A stretch of DNA of 64,000 bases, taken from NCBI GenBank assembly GCA_013265495.1, contig MU058824.1:1054001-1118000 (forward strand). The letters run 5' to 3'. Positions 41,201-54,050 of the stretch are shown piece by piece. Source of the DNA: Vicugna vicugna. Lineage: Eukaryota. Under the pieces are notes generated by a model. The model saw only the letters and a list, made by a program, of their open reading frames with translations. It was not told the origin of the DNA and did not search any database. The position numbers were made by a program, and so were the translations under genes. Position 1 is the first letter of the stretch. The number at the start of each line of letters is the position of its first letter.

Positions 41201-41336
41201 GTGAGGTGGCCGCGCCCGTCCCTCGCCGCGCTTGCTTTTCTCACTACCAGGGGCTTCCTGCACAACTGATGACCTCTCCCGGTTTGGAGTTCAGAAAGAT
41301 CGGAACTGAACTAGGGAAATCAGAGCAGGGACTGAG

Positions 41337-41500
41337 ACTATGGTTCTCGAACTATAGTGTGGACGCGTTAAAGCTGCAGATTACTTTGCTTCACCCTCAG
41401 TTGTCTTCATCCGGGACCCCTAAGTAGGGCCCGGAAATCTGCACTTTCTGGGACGTCAGGTGATTCTGAAGCGTATGGGCCTTGGGGCTCGCTCTAAAAA
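41337..41500. mobile_element. MER5A-like DNA transposon remnant in the ALG2 intron
   Basis: TGGTTCTCGAACT...GGGCCCGGAAATCTGCACTTT...CAGGTGATTCTGA. Confidence 0.55.
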
Positions 41501-41819
41501 TCACACACATTAGAAGTCAGCTTTAGTCACCTTTTACTTCTGAGTAACTCGTGTGGCTTCCCTCTTTGCATGATTCCTGTTGACACAACTCCCAGGCCAC
41601 ATGCATCCCACTGTAGCATTTGCAGCCAGGCCACTCCTTTCCTCTGCAGTGTCATTTGTTGAAAACCCGCAAGCCAAACGTGTCATGTCCCTATTAAAAC
41701 TTTACCATGGCTCCCCGTTAGTCTTTGGAGAAAAGTCCAGGTTCTTTACCTTGGTAAATAATGTCCACCTGGATCTGGCCTCTATTCTGGACTCTTTTGT
41801 CTTTTTTTCGCAAGAACAT

Positions 41820-42520
41820 GTTTATTTTAAAAAGTAACATTTACTCAGGACTAAGAATTCAAATTATATAAAAGACTGTAGTGTAAATGTCCCATTCCAG
41901 TTCCACTCCCTAAAAACAGCCACTTTTTCTCCTGTATCTTTTCACATATTGTGACTACAGTAGCGTGTGTGTTTGTTCATAGGAACAGTTTCTTATTTGT
42001 AATAATGAGAATTGTAACACACGTACTATCGGACAACTTACTTTTTTCTCACCGAAATTTTTTGCTTGGGATAGCCTTATGTATCAATATTAGAGATTCA
42101 CTTCATTCTTCATACTAGCTGGAAAATTCCTTTTGTTTGAATATACCGTAACTTAAACAATTCTTCTGTTAAACGTCGTTAACAGTGTGACCAGTTTTTT
42201 GGTGAATACATCAGCGTTGTAATGAACATCCTTGTACCTTTTTTTCTGTACTTCTGCAAGCATAGCCTTTGAGTAAATTCATGGAAATAAAATTGGTAGG
42301 TCAAGGAGTTGTACGTCTTAAATGTCAATAGCTTTTGCCAAATCTGCCTTCCAAAGAGGCAGATCTACTCTCCCACAATGATAGAGCCACTATGTGCTCT
42401 TGTGCACATTGGTTGTTATCGACCATTTTAATCTTTGCCAAACTGATAGGTGGAAGTGGCATTATGTTTGTGTTTTTTTAATTGTTACTTCTGAATTACT
42501 TTTGATCATCTTTGCTTGTG
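41820..42520 (-). mobile_element. Old L1ME fragment in the ALG2 intron
   Basis: AATGAACATCCTTGTAC, TTTTAATCTTTGCCAAACTGATAGGTG. Confidence 0.65.
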
Positions 42521-42809
42521 TGGTAGCTGCTGCTTTTTAAGCAGCCTGAGCATTTACCAAACATCCTGCGTGTGTAACTAGTCAGTAAGGTGAGGCAGCT
42601 GAGACTGTAGTGGACAGAGGAAAACTGAGCTTGGAAGTGGGAGACCTGGATCCAAGTTCCATATCTGCTACTTTCTAAGCCGCTTTGGAGAAATCCCTCA
42701 ATATCCGTAAAGCTCACCTTCTTCAGATGTTAAGTGAGCTGGAGATTAAGTGACTTGTAAAGATTACCTAACAGTTAAGTCTCTAGTAATGATCATGGTT
42801 AACATTTCA

Positions 42810-43050
42810 ATAAATATTGAGCACATACGATATGCAGAATTCTTATACGTTTCACATATTCTGGTGCATTTAATACTCACAACAACTGTATGGGTTTTTT
42901 AAAAACTATAATTGTCACCAAGTTACAGAAGAAGAAATTGAGGCCCAGAGAGGTTAATTACTAGGTCATGGTTGCACGACTAGCTAGTGGAGCTGAAATT
43001 CACATTCTGGCAATCTTAATTCCAGAGCCTACACGCTAAACTACTATAGT
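42810..43050 (-). mobile_element. MIR in the ALG2 intron
   Basis: TTACAGAAGAAGAAATTGAGGCCCAGAGAGGTTAA core. Confidence 0.75.
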
Positions 43051-43460
43051 TCATTCATTCATTTCCTTAGGTGGAAGAAGATACTGGAGTGGCTCTGTCC
43101 AGTATGGATATTGATTACATTTTTAAGTGATAGTATTTTAGATAAAATATATTACAATAAATTTAACCCTTAAAAAGTTTTTAATGTGGTTACTGAATTT
43201 TTACTTCCATTGGACACTACTGTTCTAGAGGAAACCACTGGACTTGCAGCTTTAATATTTAGCACACATCCAGAAAATGTCTACCAGCCCTCTATATACC
43301 AGGCATTGTGCCTGGTAAGAGTCTTGGGGGAGCACAAGGCAGAACGTGACATTGCCCATGAGGGGCCTACAGACAAGCAGGCAGGGTAAGTGTCTGTACT
43401 TTTGATTTGTTTGAAGTTTAGTTGACCACTTTATCTGCTGTTGATTTTTGCTTTGGCTAG

Positions 43461-44363
43461 GTGTCTGCCTGTATCCCAGTATTCAAGCTGGCCAGACGGC
43501 GTAAGAAAATCCTGTTTTACTGTCACTTCCCAGATCTGCTTCTCACCAGGAGAGATTCTTTTTTTAAGCGCCTATACAGGGCTCCAATTGACTGGGTAGA
43601 GGAATACACCACAGGCATGGCAGACTGCATCTTGGTCAACAGCCGGTTCACAGCTGCCATTTTTAAGGAAACATTCAAGTCCCTGTCTCACATAGACCCC
43701 GATGTCCTCTACCCATCTCTGAATATCACCCGCTTTGATTCAGCTATTCCTGAAAAGCTTGATGATCTAGTCCCTAAGGGGAAGAAATTCTTGTTTCTCT
43801 CCATCAACAGATATGAAAGGAAGAAAAATCTGACTTTGGCACTGGAAGCCCTAGTAAAGCTACGTGGAAGGTTGACATCCCAGGACTGGGACAAAGTTCA
43901 TTTGATCATGGCAGGTGGTTATGATGAGAGAGTCCTGGAGAACGTACAACACTATGAGGAGTTGAAGAAGATGGTCCAGCTTTCTGACCTAGGCCAGTAT
44001 GTGACCTTCCTGCGGTCTTGTTCAGACGAACAGAAAATCTCACTCCTCCGCGGCTGCACATGTGTGCTTTACACACCAAGTAACGAGCACTTTGGCATTG
44101 TCCCATTGGAGGCCATGTACTTGCAGTGCCCGGTCATTGCTGTTAATTCAGGTGGGCCCTTGGAGTCCGTCGTCCACAACGTCACAGGGTTTCTCTGTGA
44201 GCCTGACCCAGTGCACTTCTCAGAAGCAATGGAAAATTTCATCCATGAACCTTCCTTAAAAGCCACAATGGGACTGGCTGGAAGAGCCAGGGTGAAAGAG
44301 AAGTTTTCTCCTGAAGCATTTACTGAACAGCTCTACCAGTATGTCACCAAACTGCTGGTATAA
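43461..44363 (+). CDS. ALG2: ALG2 coding exon 2 (300 codons plus TAA); full protein 415 aa
   Basis: Acceptor TTTTTGCTTTGGCTAG|GTG at 43460/43461, in frame with exon 1. Encodes [18 protein letters not shown] and the GT4 EX7E motif EHFGIVPLE; ends ...YVTKLLV*. Confidence 0.97.
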   Translation: MSACIPVFKLARRRKKILFYCHFPDLLLTRRDSFFKRLYRAPIDWVEEYTTGMADCILVNSRFTAAIFKETFKSLSHIDPDVLYPSLNITRFDSAIPEKLDDLVPKGKKFLFLSINRYERKKNLTLALEALVKLRGRLTSQDWDKVHLIMAGGYDERVLENVQHYEELKKMVQLSDLGQYVTFLRSCSDEQKISLLRGCTCVLYTPSNEHFGIVPLEAMYLQCPVIAVNSGGPLESVVHNVTGFLCEPDPVHFSEAMENFIHEPSLKATMGLAGRARVKEKFSPEAFTEQLYQYVTKLLV

Positions 44364-44913
44364 TCAGATTTTTTTAAGGTCTTTATGCTATGTTCATTAA
44401 TACCATATTTGTTAGTTGTAGACCAAGTTTTGAAACCAAAGGAAAAAACTAGAATCTAGTGCAGAAGAAATTTTTTTAAATATACTTGAATCTTAAACCT
44501 GAGCCACCTTCCTGTACCCTACACCCCACTGTGTGCTTTTTCAGAAAAACGTCTTTTTATGCTGTAATAATTCTGAGTCTTACCATTGTTGATTAAGATA
44601 TAAGTATGGTACAATTCCACGTTCAGCAGAATATTTTAATTATATTTTCTCTAGGTTATTGTTGCTCTGCCTGTAAATTTTGAATCATATTGTGCCTTAT
44701 TTGGTTTTAAAGTGTGTCATCATCATAGTTGATTAATTTGGCTTCATTGCATAATGGGAAGTTACTGTAGTTCCCTAAATCAGTCCACCTGTGTTCACTG
44801 ACCTCTTAGGAAATTTTTGTTAGTCATGCCTTTGCCTGGATCCATAGCAAGAATGCTGTCTATTTTTTTTTATTACAAAGATGATTTATTGTGTTTTTGC
44901 ACATAGACATGAC

Positions 44914-44919
44914 AATAAA
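44914..44919 (+). terminator. ALG2: Candidate ALG2 polyadenylation signal AATAAA
   Basis: AATAAA about 550 nt after the stop, in an AT-rich 3'UTR-like stretch. Usage not shown. Confidence 0.55.
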
Positions 44920-45459
44920 AGATGTTTAACATAGAAAGAGACAGAACATGAGATTTTGGCCTCCATGATCTATTGTGGTGGTGGTAGGAGTGTGGACAGC
45001 CAAGCCTCAAGTCAGAAACTAGAGTAAACTGGGCATCGGAGTGAGTGGATATTGTCACACACGCAGTGTGCATCTTGTTTATGGTTTGTTTCATGATGTC
45101 ATCTGAGTCATCAGCTTTGTTAATGCTTGTGTTTCCTTAAGTAAGCTCCTACTCAGTGTAAGACCACAAGTGCTTTTTATCCTCTAAGGCCTGCCTCAGA
45201 TGCCACTGCTGTGAAGCTTTCCTTGGCCTTTCACCCACCTCCCGAACTAGAAGTGCCCCTGCCCTTCCACGTGCTCTGGCCTTCTCACAGCACTGACCAG
45301 TCTTACAGTTCATCATTTACCTGTTGGTCTAAGTACAAATAAGCATAAAGCACCTTTCAACATACCTGTAATGTTAAATTCTTTTTTTTTTTTAAATAGC
45401 AAAGATCACTAGCCAGAAGCTCCACACTAAACAGCTCCAAGAGAACAGACCTGAGAGCC

Positions 45460-45640
45460 TAAGAGCCTGTGACTTCGGGCAAATTGCTTAATTTCTGTGC
45501 CTCAGCTTCTTCATCTGTGAAGTGGGATAACTGTACTACCATACTCTCCTCAGAGGGTGGTTATGCTGGATTACCGTTATGTACATAAAGTACGTGAAAG
45601 AGTAGTTGAACATAGTATGGGCTAGATAAATGCTAGTTGT
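45460..45640 (+). mobile_element. MIR SINE
   Basis: TGTGCCTCAGCTTCTTCATCTGTGAAGTGGGATAA core. Confidence 0.75.
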
Positions 45641-48489
45641 TTTGCAATTTAGAGCTGCTGAAGATTACGGTGGGAGTTCTGTGTGGATTCATGCTGCACT
45701 GCTGTATTGTTCTTTTGGGGTTCTTTAGAGGATGAAGTTTTGGGATCAGATTTATCGTATTAGTCTGTACCACAGGAGTATTTTTATGAAATGAAATGAC
45801 TGTACCAGTGTCAGGTTTATTGAGCTTTCTGTGGAATGAAGAGTTCAGTTGAGTTTTCTTTCCTTTTGGTGTTGTGAAAGCTTGCCATCCAGGAAAGTAG
45901 GTCGTCCCATTTTTTTGTGGCTTAGTGCATGTTTCTCAGGGAACTACAGCCTTTCCAGAAAGGCCCAGTGGCTCTGACCACTAAGTTTAGGACAGACAGA
46001 TTCAATCACGCTCTGAGTTATAACTGATGCTTACCCATTGCAAGCATTGAAACTTTTGCCTATTTGACTATTTTTATGCAGATCCTTCCAAAATGGACTA
46101 CGTGGGTTTATGGGCCTTGAGTCTAACTTCCCTTCCCTGTCTTAAGCTCCAGCAGGTGACAGTAAGATCACAGATCTGGGAAGGATGTGTAGCCTCCTGT
46201 TGCATTAACTCCTGCCTCTGGACCTAAGATGGAGCTTCGCCTGTAGGAGATATTCACAGCTTCCAAAACAAAGCCGAAGTTAGGGAAGATAGAAGCGTGG
46301 AACACTGAAGTAAACTGTCCAGGACCGTATCAATAGTAGTTCTACTAGCACTCATTCTGGGCCAGGCATGACATGAGACACTTAACAGACAACTCACTTA
46401 ATCCTGACAGTTCTATGAGGTGTCGGCATTCTTCCCTTTATAGATGAGTGTGGTTAAGCAAGCTGGCTGGGTCACATAGCCTGGAGGGATGGGCAGCGTC
46501 TCAAGGCTCTCAGATTCCAAGTCCATCCACTTAACCATTCTTCAGTCTGCCTCCGCCCTAACCAAGCCAGCTGCTGGAGATCCATGCACCCTCTCTCAAG
46601 GAGGTCACTATTTTCCTGTGTCAGTCACTCACCTGTGCACATGGGTGCAACCCCTGACCCTTCATGGCCTTCCATGGATCTCCACCAGTTAGCTCAGATT
46701 CTGCACATGAGCACACACACATGAGATGGAGGTGTGGGTGGAGTGATGTACATATAAAAGACATTTGCCCACTTAGCTTACGGAGAGCAGTATTGTTCTT
46801 ACTGTTTGGAAATGATGCAATGACTAATGATACTGAACCCCTATTTGGGCAGCCCTTGCAGTCGGCAGAACTCTTTCTAGGTTGTCTCATTTGCTCTTCA
46901 CAGCTTTGTTCCAGGTAATTATTGTAGCCATGCTTATTGTGAAAAAGCTGAGGCTTACAGCCTGGAAGCCCTGGACCAGGTTGAGAGTTCTTTGCATTGT
47001 ACTACAGATGCCGCGTCAGTAAATGCTTACCACCTTCTAACCTGCCCAGTATGAGAGTCTCACTCCCACGATCTTGTTCTATCTCTTCTTCCATAAAGAA
47101 AATGAGGCACCTGGACACTTCACTGCCCTGCTCTCTATTTGGCCCCCAACTCTGTTTATGACCAGCAGCCCTTCTCTGTCCACCTCTGCCAACATCACTT
47201 AACTGTCCTTTGACCGCCTTTCTTCGCATTTGCAACTCCCAGAATCAAATCCACTCAGAGCTGAATAGGATCCCAGAGGTCACCCAACCTAACTTGATCT
47301 TACATAGACGGGAAAACTGAGGCCCCAAAAGAGAAAGGGACCTGCCTAAGGTCACACAGAGGGACAATTGCAGCCCTCCTCTAACTTCTTTCCAAGCCCC
47401 CTCACACCACCTCCACTTTTACCAAAAACTCCTTATCTCCTGCCACTTCCTGAGAATGCCTTACTCCTTCTTTCCTAACCTCAGCCCCACTGCAGCTCTG
47501 TCCCCAACAGCCAGTGAGGGGGCCACCATCTGTACACCAGTGCACTCGTGCCTGCCAGCTAAGGGGTAGAGAGCTTTCCCAGTGACAGATCCAGTTTCCA
47601 ACCTGTCCTCTGATTAAATAGCAACCCCTGGGAGGGAAGAAGGGGAAGGATTTTACCATGCTAACTCCTGAGCCAAGGGGCTGCTGGAGCCAGCGCTCTG
47701 TCCTTGTCTAGAGGACTGGGGATTGGCTGGGGCTCACAATAAAGGTGAATTGGCTTAGGGGCCCAGAAATAGGACCACAAGCAAATGCTGAAATATCTTG
47801 CAAGCACATCACTAGGCCACTCTGATGTCATTTGAGACAAATGTAGTCTTGAAGTCTCTTAGGGGTTGTGTATATATATCTGTTTATGTGTGTGTATGTT
47901 GGTGTTTTGGAGAGGAGGGCCCAGGTGTAGCACAGGTGTGACTTACCTTTGTGATCTGCCACTCACTCAAGAAGTTGGCAGGCAGAATTATAGCAGACCG
48001 CTAAGATGATAAAGTCAGACTGGCCTTTGTTTTTCTGTATTACTTAAGCTAGAATTCTAGGGTCCCATAACTATGATACAGTGTCCTGATGGTGATAATC
48101 CTAAGGTCTAGGTTTTCTTTTCTGTAAAACGGATATAAGAAGGTCAAAGTAGCCCACCCGACAAGGTGGTTGTGAAGAATGGACAAATGAAAGAGTGAGT
48201 GAGAGGGCCTGAATCAGTATATGGGTGAGACAGGATGTGAAGCTGCTGTGTAAACTGTTAAAGTGCCACGAGCTTATTAGAGATGAAGACAGTCTCACAG
48301 GTCTAGGTAAATTGCCCCAGTCTGTTGCCATCCCACTAAGAGTAGCATTGGAAGTCTGCCTTCACCAGGGACAGTCACGTCATGGGGAGATGGATAGAAC
48401 ATTTAAGCAACCCCAACAAGGAGTATTTCCCTCTCAGTTTGTGGGTTGTTAACTCAGTATCCCCAAAAGTCAAGACAGTTACTAAAGTA

Positions 48490-50050
48490 AGGATGGACAA
48501 ACAGATCAACAGAATAGAGTTCTGAAATAAATTGGCACATATGTGGTCAGTTGATTTTTACTAAAGGTGCTGAGGTAATTCAATGGGGCAAAGACAGGCT
48601 TTTCAAGAAATGGTGCTGAAATAGTTGGGATATCCATACGGAGAATAAGTGAACCTCAACCTTTACCTCACACTATATACAGAAATGAACTTGAAGTGGA
48701 TCGTAGGCCTAATAAACATGAGGGCTAGACTGCAGAAGTTAGGAAAATGGAAGGAGATACAGCCTTGAAGTAGTCAAAGATTTCTTTGATAGGACCCCAA
48801 AAGCACAAAGCATAAAGGGGAAAATTGGTAAGTTTGATTTCATCCAAAATTAAAAACTGCTCTTCAAAGGACACTGATTTTTTTAAATTAAAAAAGCCAC
48901 AGACTGGGAGGAAATATTTAATATAGCTGATAAAGACGTGCATCCAGGATATATCAAGAAGTCTTACAACTCAATAGCTGAAGAATAAATAACCCACATT
49001 TTTTAGTAGGCAAAAGATTTGAATGGCCATTTCACAGAAGTTATACAAATGGCCAATAAGCACATGATAAGATGTTCAACATCACAAGTCATCAAAGAAA
49101 TGCAAATTAAAACCACAATAAGACATCAGTGCACACTCGTAAAATTAAAGACACTCGGTAAAAATGTTACTGAGAATGTGGAGCATCTGTAATTCTCACA
49201 CATTGCTGATGGGAATGGAAGATGGACGAAACTCTTTGAAAAGTAGTTTGATAGTTTCTTGTAAAGTTAAATATGACATTTACCACATGACGCAGCAATT
49301 CCATTTCTAGGTATTTTGCCTAAAATAAGTGGAAGCATATATCTAAACAAAGACTTATTCTAATATTTACAGCAGCCTTATTCATTAATAGTCAAAACCT
49401 AAATATTAGAGTCCACCAACAGGTGAATCGATAAACAAATTGTGGTACATTCATACATACAATGGAATACTTCTTGGCAATGAAAAGGAAGGAACTACTG
49501 ATAAGCACAATGATGTGGATGAATCTCAAAGGCATGCTGAGTGAAAGAAGTCAGACACAAAAGAGTTCACATTATGTGATTCCATGAAATCTTAAAGAAA
49601 AAGCAGAGCTAATCTACAGTGACAGAAGGCTGATTGCTGTTTACCTCCAGCCCAGGGTGAGAGAGAGAGACTGACTAGGAGAGGACACAAAGGAATTCTG
49701 AAGGATGATGGAAGTGTCCTGGATCTTTATTATGGTGGTGGTTACAAGCTGTATAACTTTGTCATAACCAGTGAAGTGTTTGCTTACAATGAGTGTATAT
49801 CATTGCATGTAAATTGTATCTCCAAAAGTTGATTTTAAAAAAGCATATGTGATGTAGTCCCATTTTTATAGGAAAGAAGATTTTCTAAATGAATAGATAT
49901 GAGGATATATATGTATATGTAATTATAAAAGTTTCTAATAGACTATACACCAAGGTGGTCACATTGGTTGTCCCCAGGTGGTTGTGATTACCAGTAGGCA
50001 TTAAATTTTTCTTTTGTTTGCTTGTATTTTCTGATACTGTACAAGCTGAT
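48490..50050 (+). mobile_element. L1M (L1MC/L1ME-like) ORF2 3' portion and 3'UTR
   Basis: CAAATGGCCAATAAGCACATG, GAAATGCAAATTAAAACCACAAT, GCAATTCCATTTCTAGGTA, GATGAATCTCAAAGGCATGCTGAGTGAAAGAAG. Confidence 0.88.
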
Positions 50051-50577
50051 TTTCTCAGAAGAAAAAGAAATCAAACTTAAAGCATAAGATAACCTTATTG
50101 GTCACTTCTGTTTTTACAATATATTTTTAGACATTAGTGTATCCAAGTATTGCCCTATTTGGGATGTAAAGTTTGTTCTAGTCAATCCCTTACTATTATA
50201 TATTATGATTGTGCCAACTGTTTGCTACAATTAGCAGCTGAGTTAAAAAAATAATTTAAATACTAAAAGCAAATATTTAAAATTTTAGAAAGAAAAAACA
50301 TGGAAAAATAATGGAAAAAAATAGGCGTATGTTAAGGGTTGCAAAACTGCCTAGCAACACAACAAAAAAATAGCAGTTTTTTTTTTAAAGTTCACCAACT
50401 GGTGTTGTTTATTTTCAAACCAAATTATCATGTTGTCCAGCTTGCTTTCAACCAGATGATGTGCTCCCTTTGTATTGTGGAACCTGGGAACCTAACTTAA
50501 CACTTCAGTTCAACAGAGTAATACAGTATCATATATCAGGACATATGTACCACTATTTAAAAACTTTAACAAGGTGA

Positions 50578-51130
50578 CTGTATTAGGATTCTTTTGGTTG
50601 CAAGCAACAGAAACCCAACTGCAGCTTATGCAGAAAAGGGAAATTTTTAGGAAGCTACATCTACAACTTCTCCTTGTTAGATCATTGTAGCTAGGCCTGA
50701 GGCTCACATGGAACCAAGAATTCAAATGCTTCTAGAATGCCATTTTAAAAATATCTGTTATCAGTGTTATTCATTATAGACTAATTTATTTCTCATGACA
50801 GGAAATATGACTGACCGTCACCCATAGCAACTGAGAGCCTCCATCTTACTTTTTGCATCACCAAAGAGGAACCAGCCTTCTTTCTCAGAGTTTGAAAAGA
50901 CATCACTGAAGGACTGTGATGGACCCTTCTTGGTTAAGGTGCCTTCCCTTAAATTAATGAAGCAAATCGGGAGGCAAGGTACTATGGCTTGCCAGGCTCA
51001 GATTGGCTCCCATTAACTGTGGGCAGGATCCAGGATCACACAGCTGTAGGAATCATATAGCTGGGAGAAGAGAGTCCAGGGTGTACAGAGGAAGGAAGAG
51101 GAAGCAGTTCCCAAAGAAGGTGAGTTGGGA
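50578..51130 (-). mobile_element. Old MLT1 (K/L-like) LTR
   Basis: TGTATTAGGATTCTTTTGGTTGCAAGCAACAGAAACCCAACT. Confidence 0.6.
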
Positions 51131-51744
51131 AGATAAAGTAGGTGTCCTCTCCTATTAAGAAATGACCCCTTTAACTTATGCTTAAGGTGCTCTGGCAGAT
51201 GAGCTATCCCTTACCACATAACCTTTTGCCCATTGCTTCCACTTCCATAGTACATCTTGCTAGTATCTATTTATGACCTACCTTGTGCAAGGGCCTGGGG
51301 ATGAAGAAATGAAATTGTTTACAGTTTTGTACTCTGTGACTTGTATATCTCTGCATTGTTTGATATTAATGTTGCCAAATCTGACTTCTTTATGTTCACA
51401 TTTGAATGATCATATTTTACCCATATTTTAATTTTGAATATTTCACTATATTTTTGTTTGTCTAACAAGCAGAGAAACACTGGGTTTAGGGGATTTTTTT
51501 CCTCATATCTAAAGGCATTGGTCTTTAATGATTTACTAGACTTTTAAGAGTCTTTATTAAAGACTACTGGGGTTGCTCTTATTATACCTTTATTAAATAG
51601 ATGTATATCCTTTCTACCTTCTTTTTCCTTCCCTTAAAAAAGACATTTGGTTTTCCTTTCCCCTTCTTTATTCTTTTGATCTGCATTGATGTATGCCATG
51701 GTCCCATTATTTCAATATAAATAATCTCTTTTAAATGTTTTAAT

Positions 51745-53335
51745 ATTTTTTAATTGAAGTGTAGTAGATTAACAACATTGTGTTAATTTCTGGTATACAG
51801 CAAAGTGATTCAGTTACGTATTTTCTCAGACTATTTTCCATTATAGGCTATTACAAGATACTGAATATAGTCCCCTATATTCTACAGTAAATCCTTATTG
51901 CTTATCTATTTTATGTATGGTAGTTTATATCTGTTAATCTCATATTCCTAATTTGCCCCATTCCACTTTGATAGTCATAAGTTTGTTTTCTATGTCTGTG
52001 AGTCTGTTTCTGTTCTGTATAGATTCATTTATATTATTTTTTAGTTTCCACATATAAATGATATCATATAATATTTGTCTTTCTCTGTCTGACTTACTTC
52101 ATTTAGTATGACATTCTATAAATCCAACCATGTTGCTGCAAATGGCAATATTTCATTCTTTTTTATGGCTGAATATTCCATTATATATATACACACACAT
52201 ATATAAAACATACATATAAAACATCATCTTAAACCAGTCATCTGTTGATGGGCACTTGGGTTGTTTCCATGTCTTGATTATTGTAAATAGTGCTGCTGGC
52301 CATGCATGCATCTTTTTGAATTAGAGTTTTTATATTTTCTGGATATATGCCCAGGAGTGGAATTGCTGGATCATATGGTAGCTCTATTTCTAATTTTTTA
52401 CAGAACCTCCTTACTGTTTTCCATAGCTGCACCAATTTACATTCCCACCAACAGTGTAGGAGGGTTCCCTTTTCTCTACACTCTCTCCAGCATTTATTAT
52501 TTGTAGACTTTTTGATAATGGCCATTCTAACTGGTGTGAGTTGATACCTCAATATCGTTTTGATTTGCATTTCTCTAATGATTAGCAATGTTGAGTATCT
52601 CTTCATGTGCCTGTTAACCATCTGTATGTCTTCTTTGGAGAGATGTCTGTTTAGTTCTTCTTTCCATTTTTTGATTGCGTTGTTCTTTTGATATTGAGCT
52701 GTATGAGCTGTTTATATATTTTGGAATTTAACCTCTTGTTGGTTGCATCGTTTGCAAATATTTTTTCCAAGTCCATAGGTTGTCTTTTCATTTTGTTTAT
52801 GACTTCCTTTGCTGTGTAAAAACTTTTAAGTTTGATTAGGTCCCATTTGTTTATTTTTGCTCTTACTTCTTTTGCCTTGGGAGACTGAGAAAGTATTACT
52901 ATGATTTATGTCAGAGAATGTTTTGCCTATGTTCTGTTCTAGGAGATTTTATAGTGTCATGTCTTATATTTAGATCTTAAACCATTTTGAATTTATTTTT
53001 GTATGTGGGATGTGAAAGAGTGTTCTAATTTCATTGATTTACATGCAGCTGTCCAGCTTTCCAAACAAAATTTGCTGAAGAGACCATCTTTTCTCCATTG
53101 TATATTCTTGCCTCATTTGTCCTAGATTAATTGACCATAGGTGTGTGGGCTTATTTCTGAGCTCTCTGTTCTGTTCCATTGATCTATATGTCTGTTTTTG
53201 TGCCAGCACCATGCATTTTGATTATGGTAGGTTTGTAGTATTTTCTGAAGCCTGGAAGGGTTATGCCTCTAGCTTTGTTTTTTTTTTTCCCACAGGAAGC
53301 CTTGGCAGTTCTGGGTCTTTTGCGGTAAATTTTTT
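51745..53335 (-). mobile_element. Younger 5'-truncated L1 (about 1.6 kb) nested in an older L1M
   Basis: ORF 52238-52621 (minus) is the ORF2 C-terminal cysteine-rich region (REMQIKT...[22 protein letters not shown]...[14 protein letters not shown]). The 3'UTR and T-rich tail are at the left end. Confidence 0.95.
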
Positions 53336-53859
53336 TATCTTTTGATGTCAGTTTTGACAAGATACTTGCTGTAGTTGTTTAGACTTATTTTGATACAATC
53401 AACTGGTCTTACTGATTCCTACAAGTTCTTGTTTGACGTTCTGGAGTTCCTTTTTCAGTCATTGACCTCTTCCTAGGGACATTTTTTCAGAGACAATACA
53501 TGCATTTGCCTAATGAATTCCCATTGCCTTCACATATAAATAACTTGATAGTATATAAAATTCTTGAATCACATGTTTTTCTTTCAAACCTTTACAAATG
53601 CTCTGTTATCATCTTCTGGGGCAGCTTTTCCTATTGTATGTTCTGAACAAAATAAGGTGTAAAGTGCTCCAGAGAAAAGGCTTCCATGGTCATATAAGTG
53701 TGGGAAGTGGTCCATACAATTGGAAAGCTACCAGGCAATATAGCAGAGTAAAGACTAGGAGAAATCCTGAGGTAATTAAGATAGTTTAACTTTATTTCCA
53801 ATGTATCCAACCTATTTGACCACAGTACTGTTGAAAGCAAATGACCGATGCTATAGTTA

Positions 53860-54050
53860 GTATTTGTTGAGCACTTACTATGAGCCAGGCACTGTGCTAG
53901 GACTTATTCTATGGATATCAGCTCTGTAGCAGCTCTTTAAGGTTGATAGAATTTTTCATCCAATTTCAACAGATGAGAAAACTGAGGCACAAATTGCTTA
54001 AGAAAATAGCTCAAAAATGGCCAATTCAAACCCAAGCAGTCAGTTCTACA
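53860..54050 (-). mobile_element. MIR SINE
   Basis: TTGAGCACTTACTATGAGCCAGGCACTGTGCTA...CAGATGAGAAAACTGAGGCAC. Confidence 0.85.

Noticed and set aside
40898..41263. 121-aa antisense ORF over ALG2 exon 1
   Set aside because: Shadow ORF expected in GC-rich coding sequence; no recognisable protein.
41201..41269. Extension of the ALG2 ORF to 41269 in the ORF track
   Set aside because: Read-through into intron 1; a canonical donor lies at 41201 and ALG2 sequence resumes at 43461.
52238..52621. 127-aa ORF as a host gene
   Set aside because: It is an L1 ORF2 C-terminal remnant in a truncated element.
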